Assembly (NCBI GenBank): GCA_028826165.1
Contig: JAPDFW010000079.1
Span: forward strand, 62,001 to 126,000
Direction: 5' to 3'
Length of the DNA stretch: 64,000 nt
Source: Anaeramoeba ignava BMAN
Taxonomy: Eukaryota; Protista; Anaeramoebae
The notes beneath the pieces are model-generated. The model was not told the origin of the DNA. It saw only the letters and a program-made list of their open reading frames with translations, and searched no databases. Each line of letters begins with the position of its first letter. The first letter of the stretch is position 1. Shown here one piece after another: positions 13,782-28,274 of the stretch. Made by a program: the position numbers and the translations under genes.

Positions 13782-16700
13782 TTAAAAATCGTGACAAAAT
13801 AATGATTCTTTAATAATTTCTTCAACAATCTTTTCTGAATTTTGGAAGAAAAAGGATCTTTCAATTAAAGGTAAGAAAAATAAAGGATTTCCATTTGAAG
13901 GAACAAGTTTTAAAATTGTATGAAAATTATAAACAGAAAGAATTTTACTAAAAATTAATTCCAATTGTTTTTTTAAAATTTCCAATAAATTTTTCTTTTG
14001 TAAAAAAACATCTTGTTGAACTTCTTTTTGAATTTCTTTTTGAATTTTATCAATTTTTAAGAAAGTTTGATCTAAAACAACTTTCCAATTTTCAAATTGA
14101 TTTTCACAACTTTTTTCTGAATAACCAAATAAAATCCAAGGTTTTTGTTCCAAAATTAAATCAATTGATTCTTTAAATTTACCTGCAAAAGGAAGACAAA
14201 TCATCTCAATACAAATTCTTGGAAAAAAATTCCCCAAATTTTGAACCAATTGAAGTGTTTTTTCTGCATTTGGTTTTGAAATTGGAAGTTTACAAAGAAT
14301 TGTTTCCAATTTTAAAACATTTTCTGCAAGTTCTTTAATTTGCAAATTTGATGATTTTGGATTTTTTGGATTTTTTGGACTTTTTGGATTTTTTGGACTT
14401 TTTGGATTTTTTGGACTTTTTTGGAATTAGTTTTTTTTGCATTTTTTCATTTTGATCGTTAATTTTATCACTTTTTTCTGTTTTTTCGTTTTTTGAATTT
14501 TGTTGATCCAATAAGAATTTTTCGAGTTTTTTAATCCAAGAATCTCTTTCTCCAAACAAAAGAAAAGCGTGTTTTCTTTTCATATCATTTTCATTCAAAA
14601 CAAGTTCTTTTGCTGAGAGGAAGTTTGTTGAGTTTAAAGAATCGAGGATATTTTGGATGTACATTGAAACAAGTCTTGCAATCAAGACATCAAACTCTGA
14701 TTTTTGAACGAGAGATTCATAAGAAATAATAAGATCATAAATCGGATTTTTTGGATCTAAACAATTATTTTTTTCCACTTTGACAATTCTCAAGAGTAAA
14801 TTTTCCAGATAGTCTTGAACCAATTGTTTTGTTTCAATGGCATGAATTGTGGTTGGTTTTTTCAATCCCAAAATGATAGGATCTTCAGACAATAAAGAAA
14901 GCGCTGTTTCGATTGAAACCATATCAGGAATGGCAACCAAAACATCGACAAGCGCATGAGGCATTACTTTCCTCATTATGGAACCCAAAGAAGGAACAGC
15001 ATTTTCCTGCGGGATAAAGCTGTCCTCAAAAACATCTTCTTTGGAAACAACACTTTGTTCAGATTCGCTTTGGCTTTCGTTATTGTTTTCATTGTTTTTT
15101 TCATGATCCTCAATTTCTGCAAACTCATCAATTTTATTCCGAAAAATATTTCGGTCTGTGTAAAGAAGGGCTGGATTTTCCAAGCAAAACTCCACAAATA
15201 AAGAAGTGGGAACAGATTCAAAAAGTTGGATCGCATCCAATACTCTTTCGTTTCCGAGAAGAAGCAATCCTCGTGCAATCAAATTTTCTGAATTGCAATA
15301 TCCATTTGCGTCTTGAATTTTATGGAATGTTTTTTCAAGAAGATCAATTGCAACGCTTTGGTCGTAATCGTCGAGACAGCTTCCTAAAACAATTGATGGA
15401 AGCATGTCTGGCGATAATTCTGAATACAATTCTAAGATCATATTCGATAAATTTCCCGGCTTCTCTATTACTTCTTGTATATTATCTTCTTCTCCATCGC
15501 TTAAATCATTTATTGTTCTTGTTGCATCAATCATGTCAAATCGAAAAAGTGCTACGTTCAAGTAAACTGTGAAATATTCTTGCGGAACTTTCTTTGCAAT
15601 GAACAATTCAAACACGTCTTTGAAATAAATATCAGAAATACTGAATAGTTGAGCACAAATTTCATAATCTTTCAATTCAAGCATAATTTTTCCTAGAATT
15701 CCTGCTGATTGTTGGAATAAATGGTTGAATTTTTCAATTTGATCTTTGTATTTTCCTTGCACATATAAGTTCTCTGTTGTTTTGGTGTTTTTGTTATTTT
15801 TAGATTCCTGATTCTCGTCTTCAATCAAATTAATTTGAATATTTAAATTGGATTTTTCATTTTCATTTTTTTCCAAATTTTCATTTTGATTTTCATCCAA
15901 ATTTTCATTTTCATTTTCATTTAAATTTAAATTTCCTAAAATGGAATCCATCTTGGCAATTTCTACTAATTCGTAATAATATCCTGATAAAAGAAAATGA
16001 TTCGCAGTCAAAATTTCTGAATATTTCAACTGATCCAATTCATTTTGAGAAAGAATGGAATGCACTTCTGAATAAATTTGGGCAATTTCAGTTCGATGAA
16101 GAACATAAATATTCCAAATGTGATTTTGAGTAATTTTAATTTTTTGGTTTGAATCAATATTTTTTTGTGGTTTTTTTGTGACCGAAATGATTTGATCATT
16201 TGTGTCATTTTTGATATCATCAACATTGATTGAAATGAAGGAATCAGAACTTTGATTTGAAGAAAGAGAATTTTGCGAGGTACTTCTTGATAAATCTACT
16301 GATTTTTTTTTGGCGAATTTGGATTTATTTAAATTAGAATTGGAATTGGGATTTGGGATTTGAATGAACAATTTGGAATTGAGTTTCTTCGGCAATTTTC
16401 GTCAAAACAACAAGATTGTCAAGTAGTAAAGAGCAATAAGAAATACCAAAAAAATGCTTTAATCCAACTTGTTTTGGTTTTGAGTCTGTTTTGGAATTAA
16501 ATTTGGATGGAGGGATTGTCAATATTTCAAGTGAATTCGCCTCCATAACAAAAAGAAACGAATTGGAAGCACAAGCAAAAAGTGCTTGATTTTGGAATTT
16601 GAATTTGCAGACCAGAGATGGATTTGAAATATCATATAAATAGCCATCTGTTCCGGAACAAATCAAGCATTTCAATTTGCGCGATTGCTCCGTTTCCAAG

Positions 16701-18027
16701 AGGTATTTTTGATGAATAAACTCTTGGTTTGTTGATTCTTGAATGACTAAAAACTCCTCGTTTTGTTTGGGAAACTCCCATTTCTTTTGGGTTTCATTTG
16801 CCAAAGCATCAGGAAATATTGTTGCTGAATAATCGTTCATCAACAAAATATTGTTGACGGATTGTTTTTTTGTTTCAGGAAATCTTTGTTGGAAAAGAAG
16901 ATAAACTGTCGGGATTTCAAGTTGTTTTTTTTGCTCGTCAGCAGATACTTTGAAAGTGGACTGGCTCGACAATTTGCTCATTAGCTTCTTGTATTTGTGC
17001 CCCGAATACATCGCATCTCTGGGTGTTTTTGGATGTTCTTGATGCGCCTGTTTGAATGGGAAAGCCTGAATATTTTCATAATTCATGCAGTGATTTTCTG
17101 GTATCACAAAATTTGAATCGTCCCTTAAAGGACCATAACGAATATACGCGGGAATTTCTTTGGAAGTATCGCTTTGAATCCAATTATCTGGGATCATGTC
17201 GGATACCAAGTTCTCAGAATCGAATTTTAATTCATAAGTATTTTGTGTTGAAATGGGACTAAAATGCTCAATTGCATTTTTCTCAACTTCATATTTTGTT
17301 TTGATTTGCTTGTGGAAAGTCACGTATATAATTTTGGCAATAAAATCTGTTGCATAAGCAATATACTTTCCTGAAATTGATAAATGCTGAACATTTAAAC
17401 CAGTTCTAATTGAATAAAGTTTAGTTGCAATTGCTGTGTTTGTAAATAATTTATAAATAATTATATCGTTTCCTTGACAAAATCCAAGTTTCCCTGAAAA
17501 ATCACAAACGGAGATGATCTCCTTTGTTGGACTGCTTGGAATTGTGTAGCAAATTAGGAGTTTTTCATATTCTTTGTGTTTTTCTTTGAGTTGCTTTTTT
17601 TCCACTTTTTGTGGTTTGAGTATTTTGTCTGAATAAAATGTCTGTTTTTGCTCAACTAATTTATGCCATCCATAATATATTCTAACGTAGTTTGTTTTCC
17701 TTTCTTTTTCCAAAGAGATTATTCTAATCCATCATAATAAAAAAATTTAAAATTAAACATGTATCAAAAAAATTTTGTTTGTTTTTTTTTTTTTTTGAAA
17801 TTTATTCAAACTTACAAATTATAAACTAATTTTAAAGCTATAATTTTTCCAAATGTTATAAAAGTGCAAATAATTGTTGAATTTTTATTTTCAACTAGAT
17901 TTATTTGAATTGTATTTCTTTCTGTTCCCACTACAACTAAATTAGAAAATGGACTTGTACAAATTGTTTTTGGTTCATTTTGTGATTCTAAATTATGTTG
18001 ATGATCAAATATATCTAAAGGAATCAT
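13782..18027 (-). CDS. HPS3: HPS3-like (BLOC-2 subunit) protein; one intron near 17813-17724 and two apparent frameshifts (~16360, ~14430)
   Basis: The N-terminus (FDHQHNLESQNEPKTIC...CTFITFGKI...SLEKERKTNYVRIYYGW) parallels the HPS3 N-terminal pattern (F.sQ.v....EP...C..F.T.G.V...E......lR.Y.NW). Beta-rich N-half and helical C-half over three consecutive same-strand ORFs. Confidence 0.6.
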
Positions 18028-18044
18028 AGTTAATTTTTTTGATT

Positions 18045-18072
18045 GAAAAATGAAAAAATGAAAAAATGAAAA
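18045..18072 (-). promoter_or_regulatory. Tandem TCATTT Initiator-like motif upstream of the HPS3-like ATG
   Basis: Three TTTTCATTTT copies 20-45 nt upstream of ATG 18027. Confidence 0.45.
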
Positions 18073-18174
18073 AATTAAGAAAATTAAGAAAAAATTATTT
18101 TCTTTTCTTTTATTTCGATTTCATTTGGAAATTGAATAATTTATTCTTAATTTCTTCATTTTCTTCTTTTTCAT

Positions 18175-21100
18175 TCATTTTCCTAATTTCAAATTCTTGA
18201 TTAAATTTGGATCTTTTCCTAAAATAGGAACATTATCTTTAGAACAAATTAATTTTCCTTCATCAGATTCAAAAGCATTTAAAACAATAAATCCTTCAAT
18301 TAAATCATCTTTTAAAACTTCAAATTTTTGAGAACATTTCGAACATTTGATTTCTCCTTTTAAATTTTTGATAAAAATTAAATCTTTTTTTTGACATTTT
18401 TGGAAATCATTTTGATAATCAATTTTCTTTTCAAATGAATCAAATAATTTAAAATGAATGTGATTTAAATTTTCCATTTTTTTCCATTCTTCAAATTTTA
18501 AAAACCAACTTCTTGAATTTTTGATATTTTCTTGTTTGATTTTAAGTTTGTTTCTTTGATAATGTAAATCAAGATGTTCTCTTAAAAATTTTCGATTTTG
18601 AAATCTTAATCCACAAGTTGAGCATTTCAAATTTGTTTTTGCATTAAGTTTTTCAATTTCTTTCCAATTTTTGACTTTTAATGAATTTTTTGAAAGTGGA
18701 TTTATGTTTTTTTTTTGGTTATTTTGTCTTTCGTATTGATAATATGGATTTGGGATGAATTTTTTTCTATTTGAATTTTGATTTTGCTTTTGATTTTGAT
18801 TTTGGAATAATTTTTGAATTCGAATTTGATTTGGAATTAAATTTTGATTTTGAATTAAATTTGGATTTTGAATTAAATTTTGATTTTGAATTAAATTTGG
18901 AATTAAATTTGGAATTCGAATTTGATTTTGAATTAAATTTGGAATTAAATTTGGAATTCGAATTGGATTTGGAAATAAATTTGGAAAGAGATTTGGATTT
19001 TGAATTAAATTTTGAATTAAATTTTGATTTGGAATTAAATTGGGAGTTAATTCCTTTTTTACTTCTTGATTAATTTCATTCATTTTCTGTGAAAGTAAAA
19101 AATCTAATTTTTTTTCATAATCCACTTCATTTTCATTTTGATTTTGATTTAGATTTTGATTTTGATTTTGATTTTGATTTTGATTTTGATTTTGATTTTG
19201 ATTTTGATTTTGATTTTGATTTTGATTTTGATTTTGATTTTGATTTTGATTTTGATTTTGATTTTGATTTTGATTTTGATTTTGATTTTGATTTTGATTT
19301 TGAATTTGATTTTGAATTTGATTTTGATTTTGAATTGGAATTGGAATTGGAATTTGATTTGAAATTTGAGAAAGGAGAATATTTTGATGAATCATTCCCA
19401 TTTTATTCAATTCTAAAATTTTCATAGTTTCATTTAAAAGAAATTTCATTTCATTTTCTTCTTTTTTTTGATCATTTTTAATCCTTTTTGAGTTGAAATG
19501 AGATTTTCTCATTCTATTTGAAACAGATATATTTCTTCTTGGAGTTCTTGGAATAAATTTTCTTTGTTTATACTTTTCTGAAAATTTATTTGAAAATTTA
19601 TCTCTTTTCCAATTCTTCTTTTTTCTTTTTATATTTTCCATTTTTTCATTAAATTGATTATTTTGATTTAAATTTAATTCTTCTTCCATTTTTTGATTAA
19701 ATTTATTATTTTGATTTAAATTTGATTTTTCTTCTATTTTTTGATTAAATTTATTATTTTGATTTAAATTTGATTTTTCTTCTATTTTTTGATTAAATTT
19801 ATTATTTTGATTTAAATTTGATTTTTGTTCCATTTTTTGATTAAATTGATTATTTTGATTTAAATTTGATTTTTGTTCCTATTTTTTCATTAAATTGATT
19901 ATTTTGATTTAAATTTGATTTTTGTTCCATTTTTTGATTAAATTGATTATTTTGATTTAAATTTGATTTTTGTTCCATTTTTTCATTAAATTGATTATTT
20001 TGATTTAAATTTGATTTTTGTTCTATTTTTTGATTAAATTGATTATTTTGATTTAAATTTAATTTTTGTTCTATTTTTTGATTAAATTGAACTTTTTTGA
20101 AATTAGATTTTTGTTCTATTTTTTGATTAAATTGATTATTTTGATTTAAATTTAATTTTTCTTCTATTTTTTGATTAAATTTATTATTTTGATTTAAATT
20201 TAATTTTTGTTCCATTTTTTCATTAAATTGATTATTTTGATTTAAATTAGATTTTTGTTCTATTTTTTGATTAAATTGATTATTTTGATTTAAATTTGAT
20301 TTTTGTTCTATTTTTTCATTAAATTGATTATTTTGATTTAAATTTAATTTTTCTTCTATTTTTTGATTAAATTTATTATTTTGATTTAAATTAGATTTTT
20401 GTTCTATTTTTTCATTAAATTTATTATTTTGATTTAAATTTGATTTTTGTTCTATTTTTTGATTAAATTGATTATTTTCATTTAAATTTGATTTTTGTTC
20501 CATTTTTTGATTAAATTTATTATTTTGATTTAAATTTGATTTTTGTTCCATTTTTTCATTAAATTTATTATTTTGATTTAAATTTAATTCTTGTTCCATT
20601 TTTTCATTAAATTGAACTTTTTTGAAATTAGATTTTTGTTCTATTTTTTCATTAAATTGATTATTTTGATTTAAATTTGATTTTTCTTCCATTTTTTGAT
20701 TAAATTGATTATTTTGATTTAAATTTAATTCTTGTTCCATTTTTTCATTAAATTGAACTTTTTTGAAATTAGATTTTTGTTCCATTTTTTGATTAAATTG
20801 ATTATTTTGATTTAAATTTAATTTTTGTTCCATTTTTTCATTAAATTGATTATTTTCAGTATTTTGATCAGAATCTTTTTCAGGAACAATCCATTGCTCT
20901 TTTATTTTTTCATTTAAAGATTCAAGAAGTTTTTTCTTCATCATTTTAATTCTAACTTCTCCAAATAATTTTTTTTGTTTCCAAGTTTCAACTAATTCTT
21001 GTAATTTAAATTTAGTTTTCATATCAGAACCAGAAAGAACATGAATAAAAATAGCAAGAATATCTTTTTCAAACTCTTTAGAATAAAAATTTCCAGCTAA

Positions 21101-21402
21101 TTTAACAATACTATCTATTAAGTACAAAATTGATAATCTTTTGTTTTGTTCAACCTTTTTTATTTGAAAAAAAATAAAAAATAAAAAAGTGGAATAAATT
21201 TTTTTAAATAATAAAAAAGTGGAATTTTTGTTTTTATTTTTCTTCTTACTTTTCTAATATGAATTGCTATTATTCTTGTAATTTCTTTTGATAAATTTAC
21301 ATGAACTTTTGCAAAAGAAGTTAAAATTGAAATTTTATCTTTATTTGGTTTTTCAAGAGTTTTTAATTCTTTTTGAAATTCTGTTAATAAAATTGAATTC
21401 AT
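18175..21402 (-). CDS. PCF11: PCF11-like cleavage/polyadenylation factor; exons 21402-21250, 21154-18175 with a frameshift near 19880
   Basis: N-terminal CID (KPNKDKISILT; RLSILYLIDSIVK; LQELVETW). C-terminal CSTCGLRF...LREHLDLHY, SRSWFLKFEEW and a second CSKC zinc motif. Confidence 0.85.
19660..20860 (-). repeat. Coding minisatellite, 48-bp unit (QKSNLNQNNQFNQKIE), ~25 copies, within PCF11-like gene
   Basis: Visible in the ORF translations, with an interspersed 45-bp variant QKSNFKKVQFNEKME. Confidence 0.9.
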
Positions 21403-21544
21403 TTATTTAAAAAAAAAAAGAATTTTATTTTATTATTTTATTAAAAAAGAAAATTTGAAAGAAAAAAATGGAAAAAAAAAATTTATTTTTGTTTTTTTTT
21501 TTTAGATAAAATTTTGGATTGACTTTGAAAACTTGAGATTGACT

Positions 21545-22085
21545 TTGAATTTGAAATTAAAATTCATTTTGAAATTAAAATTCATTTTGAAATTGAAATT
21601 AAAATTAAAATTCATTTTGAAAATTGAAATTGAAATTAAAATTCATTTTGAAATTAAAATTAAAATTAAAATTAAAATTTTGAAATTAAAATTAAAATTA
21701 AAATTAAAATTAAAATTAAAATTAAAATTAAAATTAAAATTAAAATTGAAATTAAAATTGAAATTGAAATTCATTTTGAAATTAAAATTAAAATTGAAAT
21801 TAAAATTGAAATTCATTTTGAAATTAAAATTAAAATTAAAATTGAAATTAAAATTCATTTTAAAATTAAAATTAAAATTAAAATTGAAATTAAAATTCAT
21901 TTTAAAATTAAAATTAAAATTAAAATTAAAATTAAAATTGAAATTGAAATTAAAATTAAAATTAAAATTAAAATTAAAATTGAAATTCATTTTGAAATTA
22001 AAATTGAAATTGAAATTGAAATTGAAATTGAAATTGAAATTAAAATTCATTTTGAAATTAAAATTAAATTTGAAATTTAAATTGA
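21545..22085. repeat. (AAAATT/GAAATT)n hexamer array between the COG7 stop and PCF11 start
   Basis: Direct hexamer periodicity, punctuated by CATTTT units. Confidence 0.85.
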
Positions 22086-22087
22086 AA

Positions 22088-25000
22088 TCATTTTAAAATT
22101 AAAGAATTTAAATCAATTTGTAACCCTCTCTTCTTTGAAATACTCAAAATCATTTTCTTAACAACATCATATTTCTTTTCATCACTTTCCTGAATAATTT
22201 GAATAGCATTTTTTTGGAAATCACTTTCTGAAGAAACAATCAATTTTTGAATAATTAACAATAATTCACTTGTTGGCATTCCCAAAGCACGCAAAACATT
22301 ATTTAAATAAGATATATCAACATTTAACTGCTGAATTCCTTCTTGACTCAAACTACGAATACTTAATATTTCTTTTGCATATTCTTGAAGTGTTTGATTC
22401 ACAACAAGATTTAACCATTGATTAATAAATTGTATTTTTTCTTCTTTTGCATTTTCTTCATTTCCTGAAATTAAAGCAAATGGTTCTAATTGATGCGGAA
22501 TTAAAAGCAAATGCTCTCCAATATCTGAAATATTTTGAATGGGAACTGAACTAAATGTTGGCAATGAAATTGTTTTTGATGTTTTTTTCCCATTTATTGC
22601 TTTTTCTTTATTTTGCATCCAAATTTTTAAATTTCGTATTTCAGAAAGTGAAATTTTCACATTTAAATATAAAGTATCAAACACTAATCTATGAGCAAAT
22701 TGATAAATTTGATTATTCCTTTCAAACACTTTTTGAAGTAATTGCTCTTTTTCTATTTGAATCCATTTTTATTTCAAGAATAAAAAAAATTGAATTTAAT
22801 TTAATTTAGAAAAATATAAAAAGAAATTAACCTTCATTAACTAGATTAAAAAATTCTCCCATTTGTTTTCTTGTTGTTTCTTGATGAAGAATTAAAACTC
22901 CAACAAAATTAACTGTAGAAATCAAAGTTGGTGATAAATTTTCAATTGATATTATCATTTTTTCAATTGATTTTGTTTTTCTATTATTATTATTATTATT
23001 TTCATTTAAATCCATATTTTCAATTTGAGATTGTGAACCAAAATAAATTCCAAATTGACTAATTATTGTTTGCTTAAGTGATTTCTCAAAATTTAATGAT
23101 CTCTCAGAAATTTGTGATATTGTATTAAGAAGTTTTATTGATTCTTGACAAAATTTCCAAGTATTAATAGTTTTCCCAAATTCATGAATATCTTTATCAA
23201 TTCCAATTGATGTTCGAAAATTTTTAATCAGAATTTCAATCTTTTCAAAATAAAATAACATAATTTGATTCAGAACTTGAATTAAAGATTCTATTCCTAA
23301 AATTCCAGAAAATTTTAAGCATCTCAAAAAGGATTTTTCTAAGATTTGGAAAAAAGGCAAAACTGAATCACGAATTAATTGCGTAATTTCTTTGAAATCA
23401 ATTGCTTCCTTAATAAAAAATCAAATTGAAAAAAAAAAATAATTAATTTTTAACAAAAAAAAAAGAAAAAAAAAAGAAATTGTTACTAAATTAATAGAAT
23501 TTAATTCCTCTAATAAAACCATTTTCTCATAATTTTTATAATCTTCTTGAATTTTAATAAAAGGTTGAAAAATGATAACCATAACTAAATTTCAAATAAG
23601 AACAAAAAAATATTGATTTTGATTTTGATTTTGATTTTGATTTAAAAATAAAATTGAAAAATACTTGGTGATTGAATATTCAAATTAAAAGATTTGCATA
23701 TTGATTTCGCAAATTCTTCAACTAAATAAACTAGACTAATAATTCTATCAACTGCATTCTTATTCATAAAAGAATTTTCAACACTAAAATTGCTATTATT
23801 ATTATCATTTGTTTTTTGTTGTAAAATTGAACTTTCAATTAATAATCCAATTTGTCTATTTGTATTCTTAAAAACATTTTCCAAAATTTGATGAAAAACT
23901 TGATATCCTTCTTCTTTTGTTGATATTTGATTAAACCATTCAAGCTTTTTTTTTTATTGATTCAATTAATTATTTTCTTTTTTATTATTTTTTTTTTGAT
24001 TTATGAGAAGTTATTTTACTTCTTTTAATAGCATTGATAATAAATCATTATAAAAATTAAACAACCAATTATAAAATTCTTGGAAATTTGAAAATTTTTG
24101 ATTGAAATTCCATTTCGAAATGATTTTTTTTGTTGTCATTTGTGAATATTCTTGATCAAATATTTCTCTTGAATCCAATTTTTCAAGAAAATGATAATAT
24201 TTTTGTGTTATTTCTACAGAATTTATTTTGCAAAATATTTTTATTTTTTTAGAAAAGAATCAAAAGCAAAAAAACATTTTCACTATTTGATTTTTTTTTT
24301 ACCCAGATTATCTTCAATTAAAGATTTTGAAATTATTGGAGAAATTATTGAAATGAATAATTTTTTTTTGTTTTCATATTCTTTAAAATGTTCTCCAAAT
24401 TGAGGAAAGTTTTTTAACTGATTCAAACTAGATTTGAAATCAAATAAAAGATTTGAAATCTTTTTTTTTTTTTTGATAAAAGATTTAAATTTAAAATTTA
24501 AATTTAAAATTTAAAATTTTACAGATTGATGATCTTGAGTTTGAAAAATTTGTTGAATTTCTTTTCTAATTTTTGTAACTTTATCAATATTCTTCAATAT
24601 ATTTAAACAATTTTCTAGTCTTGATTTAGTTTGATCCATTTTCCAAATTTGATGAAAAGATTGATTTATATTATTTTCTAACTAATTTTATAATTAATTT
24701 TATATTTAATTTTATAAATAATTTTATATTTAATTTTATAAATAATTTTATAATTAATTTTATAATTAATTTTATAAATAATTTTATATTTAATTTTATA
24801 ATTAATTTTATATTTAATTTTATAAATAATTTTATAAATAATTTTATAAATAATTTTATAAATAATTTTATATTTAATTTTATAAATAATTTTATAAATA
24901 ATTTTATATTTAATTTTATAAATAATTTTATAAATAATTTTATAAATAATTTTATAAATAATTTTATAAATAATTTTATATTTAATTTTATAAATAATTT

Positions 25001-25581
25001 TATAAATAATTTTTATAAATAATTTTATATTTAATTTTATAAATAATTTTATAAATAATTTTATAAATAATTTTATAATTAATTTTATAATTAATTTTAT
25101 AATTAATTTTATAATTAATTTTATATTTAATTTTATATTTAATTTTATATTTAATTTTATAATTAATTTTATAAATAATTTTATAATTAATTTTATAATT
25201 TTAAATTGAAATTGATTTACTGAATCAACTCCTTCTTGAACATTCATTAATTTTTCAAGTAATTTTGATGAATTTTTTTCTCCACGTTGAAGTTCACTTA
25301 AAATTCTTTTAAAATTGAAATTAAACAAAAAAAACAAAATATTTCATTTTAATTTGATAAGAAATCAATTATAAAAAAATCAACCTTGGAGTTTCATTTT
25401 GAATTGTTTGAATATTTTGGTCAATAATATTATGAGATTCTTGAAAAGTGTGTTGGAATTGAATAATTAAATTAGAAATTTTCATTTCAACACTTTCATT
25501 TTCTTTTGTATTTTTAAGTGTTTTATTTATCCATTTTTTAATATCTAATTCTTTATTATTAAATTCTTTTAAATCTTCCAT
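22088..25581 (-). CDS. COG7: Conserved oligomeric Golgi complex subunit 7-like; exons 25581-25385, 25305-25221, 24681-24523, 24459-24303, 24213-24020, 23944-23665, 23584-23487, 23408-22832, 22752-22088
   Basis: N-terminal F...ELDIKKWIN and C-terminal LPTFSSVP...ISDIGEHLLLIPHQLEPF...QQLNVDISYLNNVLRALG motifs of COG7. All eight introns are GT-AG and join in frame. Confidence 0.88.
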
Positions 25582-25590
25582 AAATTTATA

Positions 25591-25658
25591 AAAAATGAAA
25601 AAATGAAAAAATGAAAATTGAAAAATGAAAATTGAAAAATGAAAAATGAAAAATGAAA
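25591..25658 (-). promoter_or_regulatory. Tandem TCATTT/TCAATT Initiator-like array upstream of the COG7 ATG
   Basis: About eight TTTTCA(T/A)TTT units fill most of the ~110-bp intergenic gap. Confidence 0.45.
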
Positions 25659-25690
25659 ATTTTGTTTTCAATTTTTTTTCATTATTTTTT

Positions 25691-28274
25691 TCAAGAAAAA
25701 AAAGGAATTGAACGAAGAATTGCAAACCATAAAAAAAATGAAGGAATCATTAAGAAATTTTGAATTATTGATTGAGTTGAATAAATTCCTGTTGAAAGAT
25801 TATATCTATTTTATATTTTTATAATTTTATATTTTTATATTTTTTTTAAAATAAATTTATTAATAAAAAAAAGTGGAACAAGAAAAAATTTTTTTTTTTT
25901 GGATTGATTAAAAATTTTTAATACCGAAGAGCAACAATATATGGAAATAAAGAAATTGGGAGACAAAAAGTAATAACTAAAATTTGACCTTCTTTTCCTT
26001 TTATATCAAGAATAAATGCAACTAAAAGAGCAACTGCTGGTGAAAAAATCATTCTCATAAAATAATAAAAAATTAATTGTTTCCAAGAACAATCAATAAT
26101 TTTCCTTTCAGCAGCAAATAATCCTAATGATATTAAAGCCAATGGAAAAACTGTACCAGCTAATATTTTTGGATTTTAATTTTAATTTTGATTTTGATTT
26201 TAATTTTGATTTTAATTTTGATTTTGATTTTGATTTTGATTTTAATTTTAATTTTGATTTTAATTTTGAATTTGATTTTGAATTTGATTTTGATTTTGAT
26301 TTTGATTTTGATTTTAATTTTGATTTTGATTTTGATATTAATTTTGAATTTGATTTTGAATTTGATTTTGATTTTGATTTTGATTTTGATTTTAATTTTG
26401 ATTTTGAATTTGATTTTTATTTTGATTTTGATTTTCATTTTGATTTTAATTTTGAATTTGATTTTGATTTTGATATTAATTTTGATTTTGAATTTGATTT
26501 TGATTTTGATTTTGATTTTGAATTTTACAAAGTGATTCAAGAATATTATTAAGTAAAGTAGGAACTTCTAATCCTGTCAATGAATAAATAATCCCTAATA
26601 ACATAGCAACTATTAATGGATTTAAAAATATTCTTCTTAAAAGAGATTTGATAAACTGTTTTCTATTATATTTTTTGTGTAAAGTTGGTTCAAAATATGA
26701 AACAAATGTTGGTAATTCAATTTCATCTCCAAAAATATGTGAATATAATTTTTCAGACATATCTAATGTTTCAAATCCTTGGCTTGTAAGTTCAATTTCT
26801 TCAAATCTTTGGTTTTTCATTTGATATTCAAATTCATATAAATTTTGATTTTGATTTATATTTTGAATTTGATTTTGAATTTGAATTTGATTTTGATTTA
26901 AATTTTGATTTTGAATTTGGATTTGATTTTGGATTTGATTTTGATTTTGATTTTGATTTTGATTTTGATTTTGATTTTCAAATTGATTTTTATTTAGATT
27001 TTGAATTTGATTTTGATTTTGATTTTCATTTTCATTTTGATTTTGATTTTGATTTTGATTTTGATTTTGATTTTGATTTTGATTTTGATTTTGATTTTGA
27101 TTTTGATTTTGATTTTGATTTTGATTTTGATTTTGATTTTGATTTTGATTTTGATTTTGATTTTGATTTTGATTTTGGTTTTCAATTTCAATTTCTTGAT
27201 CAAATTTTTGATTAGTTATTTCTGAAATTTCACTTCCGTTTTCTTCTTTTTTTTGTAATTTTTTGAGTTCTATAATTTCTAAAATAACAATTGAAAAAGC
27301 AATTGAAAAAAGTGTTCCAGTAAAATTTGCAAGAACTGGATAAATTAAATATTTTTCTCCAAATAAAGCTTTCATAACAGGAACACCAAAAACAATATAA
27401 CTAATGAGAGTAATTCCTAAAACATTTTCAATCATATCTTCTAATGTAAATTTTTGGAATATTTTTGTTCCAATTATAGAAATTATTGTCACTATTTTTA
27501 TTCAAATTTTTTTTGTTTTTTTTGATTAAATCCTTTCAATTTTGTTTTTTAATAATTTTAAATAAATATTTTACAAAGAAAAATAACCAAAACAGAAGCA
27601 CCAAACCAAATCCAATTAAGTTCATAACTAAAATTGATTTTGAATTTGAATTTGAATTTGAATTTGAATTTGATTTTGATTTTGATTTTGAATTAGATTT
27701 TGATTTTGATTTTGAATTTGATTTTAATTTTGATTTTAATTTTAATTTTGATTTTGATTTTGATTTTGAATTTGATTTTGAATTTGATTTTGATTTTGAT
27801 TTTGATTTTGATTTTGATTTTGATTTTGATTTTGATTTTGATTTTGATTTTCATTTTGATTTTGAATTTGATTTTGATTTTGATTTTAAATTTGATTTTG
27901 ATTTATATTTTAATTTTGAATTTAATTTTGATTTTGATTTTGATTTTGATTTTCATTTTGATTTTCATTTTGATTTTGATTTTGATTTTAATTTTGATTT
28001 TAATTTTGATTTTAATTTTGATTTTGATTTTGATTTTAATTTTAATTTTGATTTTAAATTTGATTTTTATTTTGATTTTGATTTCCACTTACAAATTTTC
28101 TTTTGCAATTGCTTGAAATGAAAGTGAAGGAATTAATGCTTTTAAAACTAAAGCATTAAATATTGGTCCATAAGATGTTGGAATAAAGTTAAATTTCCCA
28201 GAAAAAAATGCAAAAAGAATAATTACAAGAATCAAAACTCCAATATAAATCAAATTTTGAACAAGATTATTCAT
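25691..28274 (-). CDS. PIN/auxin-efflux-carrier (Mem_trans) family transporter, paralog A, five exons
   Basis: Two hydrophobic halves are separated by a hydrophilic NQ-rich loop. Motifs YIVFGVPVMKALFG, LNPLIVAMLLGIIYSL, LALISLGLF, MRMIFSPA and CLP match the PIN/AEC layout. Four GT-AG introns. Confidence 0.75.
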
